Below, piece by piece: positions 1-13,647 of a stretch of 64,000 bases of DNA. The stretch is from the NCBI RefSeq assembly GCF_963921235.1, contig NC_086097.1, forward strand, positions 189,536,001 through 189,600,000, written 5' to 3'. The DNA is from Mobula hypostoma (taxonomy: Eukaryota). Within the stretch, counting starts at the first letter, position 1, and each line of letters starts with the position of its first letter. The notes below the pieces were generated by a model. That model was not told the DNA's origin, ran no database searches, and worked only from the letters and a program-made list of their open reading frames with translations. A program made the position numbers and the translations under genes.

Positions 1-465
1 ACGAAAAAGACCTTTAGCTTACTTGCCTTCCTTGGTAGGGGTATTGAATTTAAGGTTTGGGCTACCATGTTGCAGCTGTACAAGTTATTGATCAGGCCAC
101 ATTTGGAATACTGTGTGCAGTTCTGGTCATCTAAAATACAAGAGGGTGTGTGGTTTACTTATAAGGGGAGATTGTAAAGTTTGGGACAGGTGCAAAGGAG
201 GCTGAGGAGACTCTTTATAGAGGTTTATAAAATTATGAGGGATATAGATAGTGTAGATATCCTGTAGTCAGTGTGGTGTGTATATGGGACAGGTACTGTA
301 CAATGACAGCATTTAAAAACGTTTAGATAGGCAGATGGATAGGAAAGGAATAGAGGGATATAGGTCAAATGCAGGAAAATGGAATTAGCAGTAGAAGTCA
401 TCTCAATTAACATGGACGAGCTGGGCCTGTGGGCCTGTTTCCATGCAGTATGATTCTATGGCTCT
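1..465 (+). mobile_element. CR1 LINE 3' fragment, decayed
   Basis: RPHLEYCVQFWS motif near 95-130; CR1-type 3' tail (tatgattctatg). Confidence 0.8.
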
Positions 466-1214
466 TTGCTCTCAAATTAACTATGTAAGTCACATCAACT
501 AGATTTAAATCAAGATGAAAAGAAAATTATTGATCTTGTTCCCAATCTAGTTTCAATAACACCCTGGAGTGAAAAAAACATACAAAACAGAAGTACAAAT
601 ATAGACCCTAGTTTAAGGTTAATTTATATAGCAGAAAAAAATGAACAGAAAATAAGTGTACTTGTGCAATGTTCTTTGAGTTTTTAGTTAATTTTTTTGA
701 GGACCATCGGATTAATTATTCCATCTTCACAATATCACAATAGTAATGAGGAAGAAAATAAAACTAATACTACATGTTTGGTGGGTAATACTCCATATGG
801 AATCATAAGGTTAGTTAATGTTACATTCAATTTATTCCAATTCTGAGGCAGCAACAGATACCAAGAGGCTTTGCATAGTTGCAATAGTTGTAGCACTCTC
901 ATGGTTTAACTTTTCTTTGCTGCCTGGAGAAGTTCATAGTTTTATTAAACCTGCAGACAGTGAATTATAATTATCTATCTTGCAGTCAACAAGTCTTGAA
1001 TCACACCCTTCATGCTTTCACACAAGAGATGTAGAATTGGGAAACTTTCAGAGAGCAGCTGAGTTTTGAAAGTTTCTCCATAGACCTTTTTCATTCATAG
1101 AGTCAAAGGCCTTGTGAGGTCAATTAACGGCCACGAATTGTGGTTGATGCTGCTCTCGACATTTTCAGTTTTCATGCAGTGAAGGTCAAAGCCATTGTGT
1201 CTCGTCTCTATCTG

Positions 1215-1278
1215 CTATTCAGTGAGCACCTTTTTTAGAAACTTGTCATTGCCTTTCCTTATGTCGTTGATTGGAGTA
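1215..1278 (-). CDS. Candidate alternative last exon
   Basis: cttctgttgcgtttgtgcAG|TACTCC...; phase 2 matches the 6312 donor and gives NTPINDIRKGNDKFLKKVLTE*. Confidence 0.2.
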
Positions 1279-1309
1279 CTGCACAAACGCAACAGAAGTG
1301 TTCCTGTGC

Positions 1310-2160
1310 AGGTTCGGCGAAGAGCTTTAAAACCCAGTCTCCACAAAAGAGAAGTACCACCTACTGGAGCGGTCATTGTGGGAGATTTCATTATCGCAGT
1401 AGTCTGTGTCAGAGTCGTAAGGCTTTGGATCAACAGGGCTTCAGCGAGAACAGGCAGAGGCAAGGTAAATAGGTAAGTTCATTGCTTATTTCTTATTTTT
1501 TCTGAATAAGCTGAGCATAGGAGGTACGTCTACAGAACCAGTGCTCTGCTCTGGGTATCAGATATGGGATTTCCAGGAGACTAGCAGCCTCCCCAGTGGC
1601 CACATATGTAGTAGGTTGCATTCAGATGTAGCTCCTTAAGACCGTGTCAGGGAACTGGAGCTATAGCTTGATGACCTTCAGCTTGTGAGCGAAAGTGTGG
1701 CAGTGATAGACGGGAGCTACAGGGAGGCAGTCACCCCAAGGCTTCAGGAGACAGATAAATGGGTGACTGTCAAGAGAGGGAAGGGAGAACATCAGTTAGT
1801 GGAGAGCACTCCCGCAGCCATCCCCATCAACAAGAAGTACTCCATTTTGAGTACTGTTGGGGGAGGATGACCTACCTGGGGTAAGTAACAGCGGCCGTGC
1901 CTCCAGCACTGAGTCTGGTCCTGTGTCACAGAAGGATAAGGAGCTGAGGAGGATAGCAGCAGTAACAGGAAACTATCGTTAGGGAGACAGACAGGCAATT
2001 CTGTGGAGGCAAAAAAGAAACATGGATGGTAATTTGCCTCCTAGGTGCCAGGGTCCGTGATGTTTCTGAACGTGTTCATAATATCCTAAAATGGGAAGGT
2101 GAGCAGCCAGAAGTCGTGGTACATATTGGTAGCAACGACATAGGCAGAAAAAGGGAGGAC
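1310..2160 (+). mobile_element. CR1 5' UTR and decayed ORF1 (SGNH esterase-like)
   Basis: Fragments WVTVKRGKG, INKKYSILSTV, VICLLGARVRDV and VVVHIGSNDIG. Confidence 0.8.
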
Positions 2161-3000
2161 CTGCCTTTGCTGAATCCGTGCTGCGTCTGCCTGATGGATC
2201 CATTTCTTTCCAGATGCCTCACTATTTCTTCTTTAGTGATAGCTTCAAGCATTTTCCCAACTACAGATGTTAAACTAAAGGGCCTGTCTTTTGCCTACAT
2301 CCTTTTCTGAACAGTGGCCTTCTTCCAATCTGCTGGGACCTGCCCAGAGTCCAGACAATTCTGGCAAATTATCACCAAAGACTCTACTATAACTTCTGCC
2401 ATTTCTTTCAGTACCCTGGGATGCATTCCATCAGGACCAGGGAACTTATCTATCTTTAGACCTACAAGATTGCTCAGCACAACCTCTCTAGTGATAGCTA
2501 TTATATTGCGGTCCTCACCTCTCACCACATCCATAACATCTCTCTTTGGCCTATTAGATGAGTCCTGCACTGTGAAGACCAACATAAAATAGACATTCAA
2601 AGCCTCTGCCATTTCCTCATTACCCAATATTAATTCCCCCTTCTCGTCCTCCAAGGAACCAAGTTCACTTTAGCCACCCTTTTCTGCTTTATATACAGTA
2701 ATTATAAAAATTTTTACTTGCGTTTTTATATTTTGTGCTAGCTTATTTATTGCTAAAATGCTTTACTGAAGTCCATGTAGACAACATCCACTGCCTTGCC
2801 TTCATTCACTATCCTGGTAACTTCCTTGAAAAACTATAAATTTGGTTAGACATGACCTATCATGCAGGAAGCCATGCTGACTACCCTTAATCAGTCTCTA
2901 TCTATCCAAATATCCAAATATCCGGTCCCTTAGAATACTTTCCAATAACTTTCCCATGACTGATGTGAGACTCACCGGCCTATAATTTCCTGGTTTATAT
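2160..3000 (-). mobile_element. CR1 ORF2 fragments
   Basis: DKFPGPDGMHPRVLKE and ADWK motifs in ORF 2295..2654. Confidence 0.8.
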
Positions 3001-3115
3001 TTAAATATATGTGTGCATTCCAGGCATGTCCTCTTTGCACATGTAAGAATGAGACTGTTAATTTATGCCTGAAGCCTCTTTCCTCTAAGTTTTAGCATTT
3101 CAGCTCCTGAGATAT

Positions 3116-6100
3116 TAACCATAAACCATAGAAACTACAGCACAGAAATAGGCCTTTTGGTCCTTCTTGGCTGTGCCGAACCATTTTCTGCCTAGTCCCA
3201 CTGACCTGCACACGGACCATATCCCTCCATACACCTCCCATCCATGTATCTGTCCAATTTATTCTGAAATGTTAAAAAAGAACCCACATTTACCACCTCG
3301 TCTGGCAGCTCATTCCATACTCCCACCACTCTCTGTGTGAAGAAGCCCCCGCTAATGTTCCCTTTAAACATTTCCCCCCTCACCCTAAACCCATGTCCTC
3401 TGGTTTTTTTCTCCCCTTGACTCAGTGGAAAAAGCCTGCTTGCATTCACTCTATCTATACCCATCATAATTTTATATTCCTCTATCAAATCTCCTCTCAT
3501 TCTTCTACACTCCAGGGAATAAAGTCCCAACCTATTCAACCTTTCTCTGTAACTGAGGTTCTCAAGTCCCGGCAACATCCTTGTAAACCTTCTCTGCACT
3601 CTTTCAACCTTATTTATATCCCTCCTGTAATTTGGTGACCAAAACTGAACACAATACTCCAGATTCGGCCTCACCGATGCCTTATACAACCTCATCGTAA
3701 CTTTCCAGCTCTTATACTCAATACTTTGATTAATAAAGGTCAATGTACCAAAAGCTCTCTTTACGACCCTATCTACCTGTGACGCCACTTTTAGGGAATT
3801 TTGTATCTGTATTCCCAGACCACTCTGTTCCACTGCACTCCTCAGTGCCTTACCATTAACCCTGTATGTTCTACGTTGGTTTGCCCTTCCAACGTGCAAT
3901 ACCTCACACTTGTCTGTATTAAACTCCATCTGCCATTTTTCAGCCCATTTTTCCAGCTGGTCCAAGTCCCTCTGCAGGCTTTGAAAACCTTCCTCACTGT
4001 CTACTACACCTCCAAACTTTGTATCATCAGCAAACTTGCTGATCCAATTTACCACATTATCATCCAGATCATAGAAACATAGAAACATAGAAAATAGGTG
4101 CAGGAGTAGGCCATTCGGCCCTTCGAGCCTGCACCGCCATTTATTATGATCATGGCTGATCATCCAACTCAGAACCCAGCCTTCCCTCCATACCCCCTGA
4201 CCCCTGTAGCCACAAGGGCCATATCTAACTTCCTTTTAAACATAGCTAATGAACTGGCCTCAACAGTTTGCTGTGGCAGATGACAAATAACAATGGACCC
4301 AGCACTGATCCCTGTGGCACACCACTAGTCATAGGCCTCCACTCAGAGAAGCAATTCTCTACCACCACTCTTTGGCTTCTTCCATTGAGCCAATGTCTAA
4401 TCCAATTTACCACCTCTCCATGTATACCTAGCGACTGAATTTTCCTAACTAACCTCCCATGCGGGACCTTGTTAAAGGCCTTACAAGGATGTAGACAATA
4501 TCCACTGCCTTCCCTTCATCCACTTTCCTGGTAACCTCCTCGAAAAACTCCAATAGATTGTTTAAACATGACCTACCATGCACAAAGCCATGTTGACTCT
4601 CCCTAATAAGTCCCAGTCTATCCAAATGCTTGTAGATTCTGTCTCTTAGTACTCCCTCCAATAACTTACCTACTACCGACATTAAACTTACTGGCCTATA
4701 ATTTCCCGGATTACTTCTCGATCCTTTTTTAAACAACGGAACAACATGAGCCACTTTCCCATCCTCCGGCACCTCACCTGTAGACAGCGACATTTTAAAT
4801 ATTTCTGCCAGGGTCCCTGCAATTTCAACACTAGTCTCCTTCAAGGTCCGAGGGAACACCCTGTCAAGTCCCGGGGATTTAGCCACTTTAATTTTCCTCA
4901 AGACAGCAAGGACCTCCTCCTTTTCAATCTGTACAGTTTCCATGATCTCACTACTTGTTTCCCTTAATTCCATAGACTTCATGCCAGTTTCCTTATGTGA
5001 CGAGAATACACATAGATTAAGATGTTAGCTGTCCTGTGCTGGCACCAGTGGGATCAGCAGTTGGTCTGCCACCTGTCTTCAGGAGAAAGAGAGATAAGGA
5101 AAACAACGGAGCAGCATTTAGAGATGTTAATGAAGGGACAGGAGAGCTGTCAAGATCGGCTCCCCCTTTGAACCCTGAACTGTTTGAAGTGATGGACAGG
5201 CAATACCCCAGCAGGGGGATAAAAAGGGACAGGTTCGCTAAGGCAAGACACACACGACACCCCGAGGTAATGAGACCCTGGAAGCGGTGCGTCTCCCACA
5301 AGTTGGTGGGAAGTTTTGGAAGACTGTCGCGGGACCAAGCCATAGATGCCAGGGTGGAAAGGCACGATCAGCGGGAACCTGGTTTGTGTCCGCCCTTGCC
5401 TGGGTGCCAGGTTCACCGCAGAGAAACGATCGTATCTGGAAATGGAGGGGTCACGGTCGGTGACCTCAGAAGACGTCACAAAGGGCTCGCCCGAAAGCTG
5501 ACTGCAAAGAATATCGAAGGTCTGTGTGGAAGCCGTTTGAATACTCATTCGTTTTGCTCTCTCTCTCCTTCCCCCCACTGTCCATCTCCCACGGCAATGA
5601 TTACGGCGAACTGAACTGAACTAAATTGAACTGAACTTTGCGTCACTTTGAAACTGGTCATTTACCCCTAGACGACGATAGAGCTTGATTGATCCTGTTA
5701 TCCTAATTCTGTGTACATGTGTGTTTATCATTGCTGAACTGTTGCATTTATTATCCTTTTGATTAGAGTACTGTGTTGCTTGTTTCTTTAATAAAGCTTG
5801 CTTAATTCTAGTAATCCAGACTCCAACTGAGTGATCCATTTCTGCTGGTTTGGCAACCCAGTTACGGGGTACGTAACACTTAGTAAACACAGACGCAAAA
5901 AACCTATTTAAGATCTCCCCCATTTCCTTTGGTTCCGCACATAGCCGACCACTCTGATCTTCAAGAGGACCAATTTTATCCCTTACAATCCTTTTGCTCT
6001 TAATATACCTGTAAAAGCTCTTTGGATTATCCTTCACTTTGACTGCCAAGGCAACCTCATGTCTTCTTTTAGCCCTCCCGATTTCTTTCTTAAGTATTTT

Positions 6101-6186
6101 CTTGCACTTCTTATACTCCTCAAGCACCTTATTTACTCCCTGCTTCTTATACACGTCATACAACTCCCTCTTCTTCTTTATCAGAG
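3116..6186 (-). mobile_element. 5'-truncated CR1 LINE (RT and 3' end), interrupted by another CR1-type 3' end (about 4070-4280) and a solo LTR
   Basis: KFADDTK, RPNLEYCVQFWSP, NYRPVSL and SQHGF motifs; short-repeat tail at about 3116-3136. Confidence 0.92.
4996..5878 (+). mobile_element. Solo LTR, 883 bp, probably Gypsy-type
   Basis: TG...CA ends; 4-bp TSD CTTA (4992-4995 and 5879-5882); TATA-like GATAAAA near 5218; AATAAA at 5790; interrupts CR1 ORF2. Confidence 0.9.
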
Positions 6187-6311
6187 TTGCTGTTGTTTTA
6201 TTTTGCAGACACTTTCAAATTTTTGTTGGTTGGCATGGTAACAGGATGGGTCAGGTAGATTGCAGTGGGATCCAAGGAACCTTGATAGTCATTTTCTCAA
6301 ACTTAAATTAC

Positions 6312-6466
6312 TTGTCATTTTTAAACTTAAGCGTGAACGTTGTTCCAGTTTTAGAGGCAAGAATTGCTTCATAGCTGAGCTGTTCTGAGTCAGACTGAAC
6401 ACTGAGCAAGGTCATTAATGATGCATTGACACATGATTGAGCTCCGAGCATCGCCCTGAAGAAATC
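6312..6466 (-). CDS. Candidate alternative downstream RALYL exon
   Basis: gttgttgctgcAG|GATTTC...GACAA|GTaatt, 155 nt. Open in phase 0 (DFFRAMLGAQ...LKFKND), compatible with the 14801 donor. The polypyrimidine tract is weak and no homology was recognised. Confidence 0.25.
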
Positions 6467-7380
6467 CTGCAGCAACAACTTGTGGTTGCCATGATTAGCT
6501 TCCATGAACCACAGACACCAGGGCTTTGTATGCCACAATCCAGTGGGAGAAATTCCTATTCATTCCCATTAATTTAATATCATTTGGGCTAGATATTGCT
6601 ATCAATATCAAATGCTGTCTTGCTAAGATCAGATATCCTCACCTCTTCTGACTGCTTTTGGATTATGAATCTCTCAATAAGAAGAAATCCCAGAGCACTT
6701 TATAGTCAATTAGCTAGTTCTGGAATAGGCTCACTATTGCAGTATCAGAAGTATAGTAGCAGATGTGGGCACAGTAAGCTACCAGCAATGATAACATGAC
6801 CATAAAGAAATAATCTGGTTTAGCCATTGGTTGAGAGATAAATATTTGCCAAGATATCAATGTTAATTCTTCTTTAAAATAATGCTATAGCACTGTTTAC
6901 CTCCACCAGAGAGAGTAATTGGGACCTTGGTTTAACAATTCATCTGAAAGAAGACACCGCTGCTCCCAAAGTATTCCCTGAATGTCACAATATAGTACAG
7001 TGTAGAGTGGGATTAAAAGCCAAAATCCCTTTTTATCTAAAAGACAAGGATCCTAACCTTGGATTCTGGAGCCAAATTAAGCATCAGTGTTTAGTTTATG
7101 GATAAATAAATGACATTCAGTATAACGTACATCATTTTGCTGATGATAGGGCAGCAAATAGCCTTTTGGATTTCTTCAGCTTTTTATTGGCAATCTATAC
7201 CTGGACAATCTTCCACTCTGAGAGACAAGAAAATCAAGAAACAAAAGGTACTGAAAATCTGAAACAAAAGCAGAACATGCTGGAAACACTCAGTGGGCCA
7301 GGCAGCATGTGTGGTAAAAGTAACAACTGAAATTTCAGGTCCAAGACCTTTTATCATTATTGGCAAATTTGGCTACAAGT

Positions 7381-7859
7381 CACACACATAAAAGTTGCTG
7401 GTGAACGCAGCAGGCCAGGCAGCATCTGTAGGAAGAGGTGCAGTCGACGTTTCAGGCCGAGACCCTTCGTCAGGACTAACTGAAGGAAGAGTGAGTGAGG
7501 GATTTGAAAGTTGGAGGAGGAGGGGGAGATCCAAAATGATAGGAGAAGACAGGAGCGGGAGGGATGGAGCCAAGAGCTGGACAGATGATAGGCAAAAGGG
7601 GATACGAGAGGATCATGGGACAGGAGGTCCGGGAAGAAAGACAAGGAGGTGGGAGGGGGACCCAGATGATGGGCAAGGGATATATTCAGAGGGACAGAGG
7701 GAGAAAAAGGAGAGTGAGAGAAAGAATCTGTGTATAAAAATAAGTAACAGATGGGGTACGAGGGGGAGATGGGGCATTAGCGGAAGTTAGAGAAGTTGAT
7801 GTTCATGCCATCAGGTTGGAGGCTACCCAGACGGAATATAAGGTGTTGTTCCTCCAACC
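7381..7859 (-). mobile_element. Penelope-like element 3' fragment (GIY-YIG C-terminus and pseudo-LTR)
   Basis: 7777-7857 minus reads LEEQHLIFRLGSLQPDGMNINFSNFR*, followed by a pyrimidine-rich UTR and a hammerhead motif. Confidence 0.8.
7441..7478 (-). ncRNA. Minimal type I hammerhead ribozyme, core intact
   Basis: UAGUC-CUGACGA-AGG GUCUCGG CCU-GAAAC-GUC-GACUG: stem I, core, stem II, and palindromic ACGU in place of stem III. Confidence 0.75.
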
Positions 7860-8534
7860 AAATCATCTCAGAGATATCCAGTTTTGAATTGGTAAATTGG
7901 TTCCAGGTAGTGCTGTTTATCATGTTGTGTCAAATAATAGATTGACTTGCACATTTTCAACCAGAAATGCTGAATAGATGATCCATCTCAGTTCACACCA
8001 GAGATCCCCAGCATCACCGCAGCTAGACACAATGAAATACTTAATGTCATTCAATGCGATGTTAAGAAATGACTATGGGTATGGGATATAGCAAAGGGTT
8101 CCGTGGGGTGGTTGTGGCTCAGAAGGGAAGGGGGCAGGGGAGGAATGCAGTGATGACAGGAGATTCCATAGTTAGAGGAGTAGATAGGAGAGACTGTGGA
8201 TGCAACAGATGTTATGTTACGTCACAGGTACCAAGGTCAGGGATACATGTCCACAACATTCTAAAGGGGGAGGGTGAGCACCCAGACATCTTAGTACATA
8301 TTGCTACTAATGATATAGAAAGGAAAAGAGAGGAGGTCCTAAAGATAGAATTTAGAGAGCTGGGTAGAAAGCTGACAAACAGTACTTCCAGGGTAGCAAT
8401 CTCTGGATTGCTGCCTGTGCCACACGCCACTGGGCACAAGAATAGGATAATTTGGCAGTTGAATGCAAAGGAACTGGTGCAGGAGGAAAGGTTTCAGATT
8501 TATGATCATTGGGATCTCTTCTGGGGAAGGAACA

Positions 8535-8660
8535 GTCTTCTTCGGCTGTCCATCGAAATCCGATGACGACGTCCACTCCTTTAACAGTGAGATCTTTGAA
8601 CTATACAGTCCTATCCTGGACCCACAAGCTCTATTGCAGGTGGGACATGTATATACAATA
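8535..8660 (-). mobile_element. RTE-clade LINE 3' end
   Basis: Minus strand reads TCPTCNRACGSRIGLYS (RTE-type C-terminal zinc finger), then a GAA-type tail. Confidence 0.65.
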
Positions 8661-9982
8661 ATTATTAAACTAAATTAAAAAGGGTGACAAATACAGGACT
8701 GAAGATGTAAAATTTGAATGCATACAGTATCCAAAATAAGGTAGATGATCTTGTAGTGCAGTTAGAGATAGTCAGGTATTACATTGTGGGTATCACAGAG
8801 TCATGGCTGAAAGATGATGGTAGGTTGGAACTTAATATCCAAGGATACACAATTTTTTGAAAGAACAGGCAGGTAGACAGAGGTGGAGGAGTGGCTTTGC
8901 TGGTAAAAAATGAAATCAAATATTTAGAAAGAGGTGACATGGGATTGGAAGATGTAGAATTCTTGTGGGTAGAGTTAAGAAATTGCAAGTGTATGAAGAC
9001 CCTGATGGGAGTTTTCTGCAGGCCTCCGAATAGTAGCCAGGATGTGGTCTACAAATTATAGAGGGAGATAGAAAAAGAATGTCATAAAGGCAATGTTACG
9101 ATAGTCATGGGGGATTTCAATGTACAGAAAGATTGGGAAAATCAAGTTGATGCTGGATCCCAAGAGGGAATTTGTAGAATGCCTTCAAGATAGTTTTTCA
9201 GAGCAGTTTGTAGTTGAGCTCACTAGGGGATCAGCAAATTTGAATTGTGTGTTGTGTAATGAAGTGATAATGATTAGGCAGGTTAAGATAAAGAAACCTT
9301 TAGCAAACAGTGATCATAATATGGCAGAATTCACTCAGCAATTTGAGAGGAGAAGCTAATGTCAGATGTATCAGTATAATAGTGGACAAAAGGCCCATAA
9401 GAGGGGAGCTGGCCACAGTTGATTGGAAGGGAACACTAGCAGGCATGACAGCAGAGCAGCAATGGTTGGAGTTTCTAGGAGCAATTTGGAATGCCCAGGA
9501 TAGATACTGTAAATCTCAAAAAGTATTATAAAGGCAGGATAATACAACCATAGCTGACAAGGGAAGTCAAATCCAACATAAAAGGGAAAACTTTAAAAAC
9601 CAACAGAAGACAATTAGAAAAAACATAAGGGGGAAAAAGATGAAATACAATGGTAAGCTAGGTAATAACATCAAAAATGATACCAAAAATTTTTTCAGAT
9701 ATATAAAGAATAAAAGAGAGGCGAGAGTAGATAGTCGATCACTGGAAAATGATGCTGGAGAGATAGTAATGGAAACTGTAGATAAATTGAATAAGTATTT
9801 TGCATCAGTCTTCAGTTTGAAAGACATAACTAGTATGCTGGAGGTTCGAGAGTGCCAAGGGGCAGAAGTGAGTGCAGTAGCTATTAATAGAGAAATTGTG
9901 CTTGGGGAAACTGAAAGGTTTGAAGGTAGATAAGTCACTTGAACCTGATGGAGTACACCTGAGGGTTCTAAAGGAGGTAGCT

Positions 9983-10829
9983 GCTCTGGGGTTCTGGAGT
10001 ATGGCATGTGACGGTCGTGCAAGCAGCCTGGTACAGCCGTTCTGATCTATTCTTTTACTTTCTTCTTCTTACTTTTTAATTTACGCTATTTTTTGTATTT
10101 TTTTTCTCACGGTAACACGTCAAAGCTGCACCCTCTCTAGCATGCTGGTTGAGAGAGTTTTATTTCGGTTTTCTTTAGCGCTGGAAATGGTTACATCCCG
10201 ACACGCAGGACAGAAGCAAGGTCGCATTGTGTATTCCACGGACCAGCAAAGACCCGCCGGCTTAGCGAACAGAGCGGTGGACACCCTTGCTGAAATCTGG
10301 AAGAAAACACATAGAGGATGCAGAGGGGGATCACAAAGCCGAGGAAAGAGGACCAGGTCGAAACAACAGAGACTTTTGGAGAAGAGGAGTTCAGTGGGTA
10401 ATATCGTTCCAGCTGACAGGAAGTGCACCGAGAGCGGTAAGCGTAAAGGAGTTGGGTGCTTGCTGATCTGGCTAACAACGGATGGTGCAATCCGGGGTAT
10501 ATTACGATCGAGGAACGTGTTTGCAGACTGGATATTGAACTTTTTACTGTTGGACTTCAGCCACATTCCACCATGATACAACACTTGGAGGCACGGGAGG
10601 TCGTTCCTGCCTGTGGCTATCGAACGTACAGCTCCTCCCGTGGAGGGTCAGACACCCTGAGCCAATAGACTGGTCCTGGACTTATTTTCCATCTAGCATA
10701 GTTTGCATTTTGGTGTTTGATTATTGGGGTTTTTTGTATTGCTATATTTACGATCTATTCTTGGTTGGTGCGGCTGTAATGAAACCAAATTTCCCTTGGG
10801 ATTAATAAAGTATATCTATCTATCTATCT
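9983..10829 (+). mobile_element. Internally deleted Rex1/Babar-like element
   Basis: 5' region plus short APE and C-terminal remnants; 3' end gggattaataaag(tatc)n; interrupts CR1 ORF2. Confidence 0.65.
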
Positions 10830-13632
10830 AAAATTGCAAATATCACTCCACTCTTCAAGAAGAGGTGGGGTGGGCAATAGAAGAAAGGAAATTATAGGCC
10901 AGTTAATCTGTCCTCAGTGTTTGCGATGATGTTGAAGTCGATTGTTAAACTTGCGGTTTCGGGCAATTTGGAGTTACATGACAAAACAGTCCAAAGTCAC
11001 AATGGTTTTCATTAAGGAGAAACCTTGCATGAGAAATCTGTTGGAATTCTTTGAAGAAATAACAAGTACATGGACAAAAGAGAATTGGTGGATATTGTGT
11101 ACTTGGAATTTTCAGAATGCCTTTGACAAGGTGGTATACGTAAGCCTGCTAAACAAGGTAAGAACCCAGGGTATTACGGGAAAGATACTAGCATGGATAG
11201 AGTATTGACTGATTGGCAGTGGGCAAAGAGTGGGAATAAATGGATCCTTTTCAGATCCACTGCCAGTGACTAATGGTGTTTCACAAGGGTAGGTGTTGGA
11301 ACTGCTTCTTTTCACGTTGTACATCAATGATTAGGATGATGAAATTAATGACCTTGTTCTCAAGCTTGCAGACAATACAAAGATAGGTGGAGGGTCTGGT
11401 AGTGTTGAGGAGGCAGAGAGGCTGCATAAGGACTTAGGCAGAATAGGAGAATGGTAAAAGAGGTGGAAGATGGAATGTAGTTTCGGGAATTGTATAGTCA
11501 TACACTTTGGGAGAAGTAACAAAATCATAGACTATTTTCTGAACAGGGAGAAAATGCAGAAGTACAATATGCCTGGAACACATCGCAGAGAGGAGGAACA
11601 AGCAGATATGACAGTGACGTTTGACAGTTCGATAGACACATGACCAAGCGGGGAACAGAGGGCTATGGACCATGTGCAGGTAGATGAAATTAGACTGGAA
11701 AATGTGGTAGGCTGAAGGGCCTGTCCTTGTGCTGTATTATTTTATTTTCCATCATCTACCTTACCCAATGTTAGCTAATATTCTATGATCTTGTGATAAT
11801 TCTAATAATTCTCTCTTTCCAAGTTTGTTTACTATCTCTGACTAAATACTATTTGTGTATTTCTATTAGTCACAAATCACTGTTTGAATACTTGTGGTTA
11901 AATACTCCCATTTCTCCTTATGTGGTGGAATACCAAATACTGTTTTTTAACATGGACAAAATACACCAGGCCTTTTTTGTTCTATTAATGATGTTCTATA
12001 AGTATATACTGAAGCCACAATTCCCACTTTATTTCATTTTGGAGATGACTTTTAAATGATAACCTCTGCACAGAACACACACGGCCTTATTAAAGCATTT
12101 AAATCAAGTACTGGGCTTAGACCCCTCACATGCCTTTCAAGAGACATTGATAATGGATATAATGAATCCACCACAGAATACGCCAAAGAATGTAGTGGCT
12201 TATTGAAATACGATCTGTGTGTGGAGCCAGGAAGAGAATACATGCTCTCCCTCACCTCAGAAATATTTTAGGCTAGGGCTAGCTCTCCTGCTCTGCTAAT
12301 CTCAGTGTGACTGAGCACTTCCTATAAATTAATGCTTCTTATTTGGTTTCTGAAGATCCACCTCCTCACCTCCTACATTCTCTGCCCCCCTCCTCACCCT
12401 GCTCACAAATTTATGAGTTCCTGTCAGCATTCAGAGAATAGCAACTGCTTATTAATCATATTATTTCATGTTTGTTTTTTAAATTGATGATCATTAGTGC
12501 TCTTGCTCCTAGCCCAGGGCAGGCAGCGTGAGTCCTCAGGCCTCTGTGGTATCCATGGAAATTTGCTTCATTGATGTTTTATACAAACTGAAGATTGAAA
12601 CATAATTTATAATGATTTTTTTTTGCTAATGTGAATCATGAAGATTAAGCCATCGTGCCATGGTGAATCATGTAATTCTGCCTTTTTTCCAGCTAATGTG
12701 AGAGAAAACTGGATTTTACTGTTATATGACCTATTATGAAAGATAATGTTAGTGAAATATTTAAGTCTGCAAGATTCTGAGTTAATAAAAAGAACTCAAT
12801 TAACATGCTTATGACATTTTCTGTGAAAACGTTTACATATCTTGGCAGTTGTGAAATGATTCTTAGTATAATTCATTTGCTGCATTATAACAATACTTTA
12901 AAGATTGTTTCAGTAACATAATGGTTAAAAAATTTGAAAAATAACTGAACAGCTGAAAGTGCACTATTACAAAACTTCAAAATCTATTGACCAATTTGAC
13001 TGTATTTGTCTGATGCTTTCTATGCTGTTAAGAAAATAATCTGTAGTTATAATAATCAAAACAACCCTATCAAGTGAAACATTTACTGTGTATCCTCTAT
13101 GACTGATAAATAACTCTTATTCTGAATTTAACAGAATACATTAACTAGAAAGAAAGAAACCAGAGAAGGATTATCGGCAATAGGGATGGCCAATTTATTC
13201 ATTTTTCCATCAATGCCATTTTTTTGATCAGTTACAAGTATAACAATTATTTTTGCAGATTTTTTTTGTTATTTAAACAATCAATGCTGTTGAAATTACA
13301 AGAAGTAAGTCAGAGGTAAAATTAAAGCTGACAGTGATATAGAGATGAATTAACATGCGCAAGTGTAATGACAGGATTTTGAATAAAAGAGGGTTGCTGT
13401 AGCTTTGAAGATGAAAATCCAATTGATTGATCGTGAAAGAGTCCAAGATTTTTCTTGTGTTAATGTTATTCACAAGTGACACAATGACATTTTCAAAATG
13501 CCAAGAACACAACCAACATTATCACAGTATGTGCTTATAAACAGGGAGAATCGTTTCTTGACAATTCTGCTGCATTATGACTGAATCTCTGCAGCTGTTT
13601 ATATATCTCATCCTTTCGTGTACTGACAAATG

Positions 13633-13647
13633 CTATCTGCAGAAATT
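13633..13647 (-). CDS. RALYL: Candidate coding part of RALYL terminal exon (NFCR*)
   Basis: tttgtgctacAG|AAT TTC TGC AGA TAG, about 1.15 kb after the 14801 donor. It is followed by roughly 1 kb of TE-free AT-rich sequence resembling a 3' UTR. An alternative acceptor 11 nt further on (exon start 13636) would give IAFVSTRKDEIY...SPCL*. Confidence 0.35.
   Translation of the reverse strand, partial: NFCR

Larger units (their letters stand above)
8090..11580 (+). mobile_element. Decayed CR1 (ORF1 esterase, APE, RT) with nested RTE and Rex1-type inserts
   Basis: GDSIVRG and HWDLFWGR (ORF1), APE motifs, and RT FQNAFDKV, with many stops and frameshifts. Confidence 0.85.

Noticed and set aside
3192..4163. 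323-aa ORF as a host gene
   Set aside because: It is the CR1 RT C-terminus, with an N-terminus borrowed from a nested repeat.
5017..5614. ORFs of 108-192 aa, and similar ORFs at 31709-32454
   Set aside because: They lie within solo LTRs, show no protein motifs, and the frames are not obviously conserved between the two copies.
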